Notes under the pieces: generated by a model
Databases searched by the model: none
What the model was told of the DNA's origin: nothing
What the model saw: only the letters and a program-made list of their open reading frames with translations
DNA from: an uncultured Myxococcales bacterium
Lineage (GTDB): Bacteria; Myxococcota; UBA4151
Assembly (NCBI GenBank): GCA_964013405.1
Contig: CAXGWI010000032.1
Coordinates: 1 to 27,832, forward strand
Length of the DNA stretch: 27,832 nt
Reading direction: 5' to 3'
Program-made: the position numbers and the translations under genes
Shown here: in pieces, positions 25,904 through 27,832 of the stretch
Layout of the letters: each line of letters begins with the position of its first letter
Numbering within the stretch: the first letter of the stretch is position 1

Positions 25904-27832
25904 TCATTGAAGCCGGGTGATGATCACCAGCCCGTTGCCATCCCGGTCGCCTTCTGCCGACTCTGGGTTGTCGCCGGTATTATAGGAGCCGCCGCCGCCG
26001 CCCGCGTAGTAGCAACTCACAGCGACGCCGCCCCCTGAATAGCCACCGCCACCGCCAGCCGTATGTTGCCGATTGCCACAGGTGCCGTAACCACCGCCTC
26101 CTCCGCCGCCGAAGCCGCCCTCACCGCCGTAGTCATTCATGCCTGGGTAGCCCCTCGGCTGCTCCCGGACGGTAAGCCAGCCCCGGCCCCCTTCGTTCGG
26201 TGCATCGCCACCGTTGGCCCCCCCTTGGCCTTGATTGTCACGAGACGCTGAGCCGCTCGTTCCGGTGACACCGGGTCGGCCTAAGTAATGGGGCGGGCCT
26301 GGGTTTCTCAGCCCCGAACCGCCGCCGCCACCGGCCACGATCAACGGCGTGCCCTCGCCTTCAATCCATACGAAGCTGCCACCGCCGCCGCCGCTGCCGC
26401 CGTTGGCCGAGTTGCCAATGGGGGAGATCACACCCTCCTGCCCAACGATGATGCGGAGGAATTGGCCTTGTTGTAGATCGAAGTCGCCTTGCATTCGGGC
26501 CCCCGAGCCACCGGGATCACCCACGTGATTCACCCCCCCCTGGGCGCCAAAGACCTCGATTCGGAACCGGGCCGACATGGGGACACGCCAGCGTTGGACC
26601 CCTTCGGACACACCATAAAAGTTGTCGTTTTGCGCCCATTCAGCCTGGTATTCGTCTCGGCAGGCCCCTTGGCTCGGCCCGTCGCCTCCCGTCGCGCCGC
26701 AATGGGTGAAGCGGTGTTCGGTAAAGGGAAAGGCAGCGTTGAGTTCACAGTCCGCGCCGCAGCCATCGTCCTCGTTGTCGTTCCCATCATCGCATGCTTC
26801 GACGCCGGCCTGAACGAAGCCATCACCGCAGCTGGCTGGGACGCAGATCGCCAGACACTCGTCGTCGTTCAGGACATTGCCGTCGTCACAATCTTCTTCG
26901 CCTTGCCACAGGATGCCGTCGCCGCAGCGAGCCTCTAGGCAGTTGTTTAAACAGTCGTCGCCGGCTTCCTCATTGCCGTCATCGCATTCCTCTTCGCCCC
27001 CTTCATCGAGTCGGAGAATACCGTCGCCGCAGCGGGCCTCCTCGCAGGCGTTGGTGCAAGCATCCTGATCGTCCTCGTTGCCGTCATCGCAAACCTCGCC
27101 CTCGTCTAACTGTCCGTCACCGCAAAAACTGACGACGCATTGGTCCGTGCAACCATCGCCAGCGATGTCGTTCCCGTCATCGCAGGCCTCCACTCCCTCC
27201 CAGACAATGCCATCGCCACAGCGGGCCGGTTGGCAGCCGTCGACACAGGCATCCCCAGCCATGTCGTTGCCATCGTCGCAGCTTTCGTGGCCCGGTTCCT
27301 CTGGCAAGAGATCTCGCCGCACGATGCCATCGCCGCAGCGGGCCTCCTCACAGGCGTTGGTGCAGGCATCCATGGTGATTCGGTTGCCATCGTCACAGGC
27401 CTCGACGCCTGCCCACAGGAGACCGTCGCCGCATTGGGCGACCCGGCAGTCGGAGATGCAGGCATCGGTATCCGAGGCGTTGCCGTCATCGCAGGCTTCG
27501 TGGCCTTCGCCACCGACCGCCACGTCGATCCTGTGGATGCCGTCACCGCAGCGGGCGAGGGCACAAGTGCCCGTACACCCATCCCGGGGATCGTTGTTGC
27601 CGTCGTCGCAGGCTTCCACACCGTCATAAAGCACCCCATCCCCGCATCGGGCCGGGGCACAATTGCTAAGACAGGCGTCCGCATCGGAGGCGTTGCCATC
27701 GTCGCAGGTTTCGTAAGCCTCTTCACCCACGGCGAGGTCTGCGCGCAGAATGCCATCGCCGCAACGGGCGATGTCACAGGTTCCGGTACATGCATCCCGT
27801 TGGTCGCCGTTGCCGTCGTCGCAGGCTTCCAC
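25904..27832 (-). CDS. Extracellular Myxococcus-type Cys-rich repeat (DUF4215-like) protein with a C-terminal ALK/LTK-like glycine-rich domain (5'-truncated by window edge)
   Basis: 11 CDDGN...C...C repeats, ten followed by CGDG, then FTHCGATGGDGP, QRWRVP, GAQGG, IIVGQEG, PLIVAGGGGG, GGFGGGG, GGGGGYSGG and GNGLVII. Confidence 0.88.
   Translation of the reverse strand: MEACDDGNGDQRDACTGTCDIARCGDGILRADLAVGEEAYETCDDGNASDADACLSNCAPARCGDGVLYDGVEACDDGNNDPRDGCTGTCALARCGDGIHRIDVAVGGEGHEACDDGNASDTDACISDCRVAQCGDGLLWAGVEACDDGNRITMDACTNACEEARCGDGIVRRDLLPEEPGHESCDDGNDMAGDACVDGCQPARCGDGIVWEGVEACDDGNDIAGDGCTDQCVVSFCGDGQLDEGEVCDDGNEDDQDACTNACEEARCGDGILRLDEGGEEECDDGNEEAGDDCLNNCLEARCGDGILWQGEEDCDDGNVLNDDECLAICVPASCGDGFVQAGVEACDDGNDNEDDGCGADCELNAAFPFTEHRFTHCGATGGDGPSQGACRDEYQAEWAQNDNFYGVSEGVQRWRVPMSARFRIEVFGAQGGVNHVGDPGGSGARMQGDFDLQQGQFLRIIVGQEGVISPIGNSANGGSGGGGGSFVWIEGEGTPLIVAGGGGGSGLRNPGPPHYLGRPGVTGTSGSASRDNQGQGGANGGDAPNEGGRGWLTVREQPRGYPGMNDYGGEGGFGGGGGGGYGTCGNRQHTAGGGGGYSGGGVAVSCYYAGGGGGSYNTGDNPESAEGDRDGNGLVIITRLQ
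26747..27832 (-). repeat. Intragenic tandem array of 11 Cys-rich repeats (31-39 aa each), probably continuing beyond the window
   Basis: Direct count of CDDGN motifs in the translation; recurring DNA motif ttgccgtc(g/a)tcgca on the + strand. Confidence 0.92.

Noticed and set aside
26747..27832. Periodic DNA repeats considered as a CRISPR array
   Set aside because: The repeats are in-frame, degenerate at third codon positions and encode Cys-rich protein units; no cas genes are present.

Overview
GC-rich bacterial chromosomal segment, most likely from a Myxococcota-like organism. That placement is inferred from Myxococcus-type Cys-rich repeats, a PEGA/FGE protein and an AgmX/PglI-like domain. 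The window is almost fully coding and mostly housekeeping. Plus strand: carB (5'-truncated), PEGA+FGE-domain protein, greA-truD-rluA-like-Shelph phosphatase, rpsA with its terminator, rsmD-coaD-aminotransferase-tilS-ftsH-folP, and later crp-like-hflK-hflC. Minus strand: dnaK-transglutaminase/TPR lipoprotein-LiaF-like membrane protein (divergent from the crp-hflKC unit), an AgmX/PglI-like lipoprotein, an NPEPL1-like M17 aminopeptidase, and a 5'-truncated Cys-repeat protein ending in an ALK/LTK-type glycine-rich domain. I saw no rRNA, tRNA, CRISPR array, integrase, transposase or reverse transcriptase. The most notable points are three eukaryote-like proteins (ALK/LTK-type domain, NPEPL1, plant SLP-like phosphatase), a DGR-VR-like tail on the FGE protein, and an unusual divergent dnaK-TGase / crp-hflKC proteostasis locus near ftsH. 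All family assignments come from motif recognition by eye; no searches were run.
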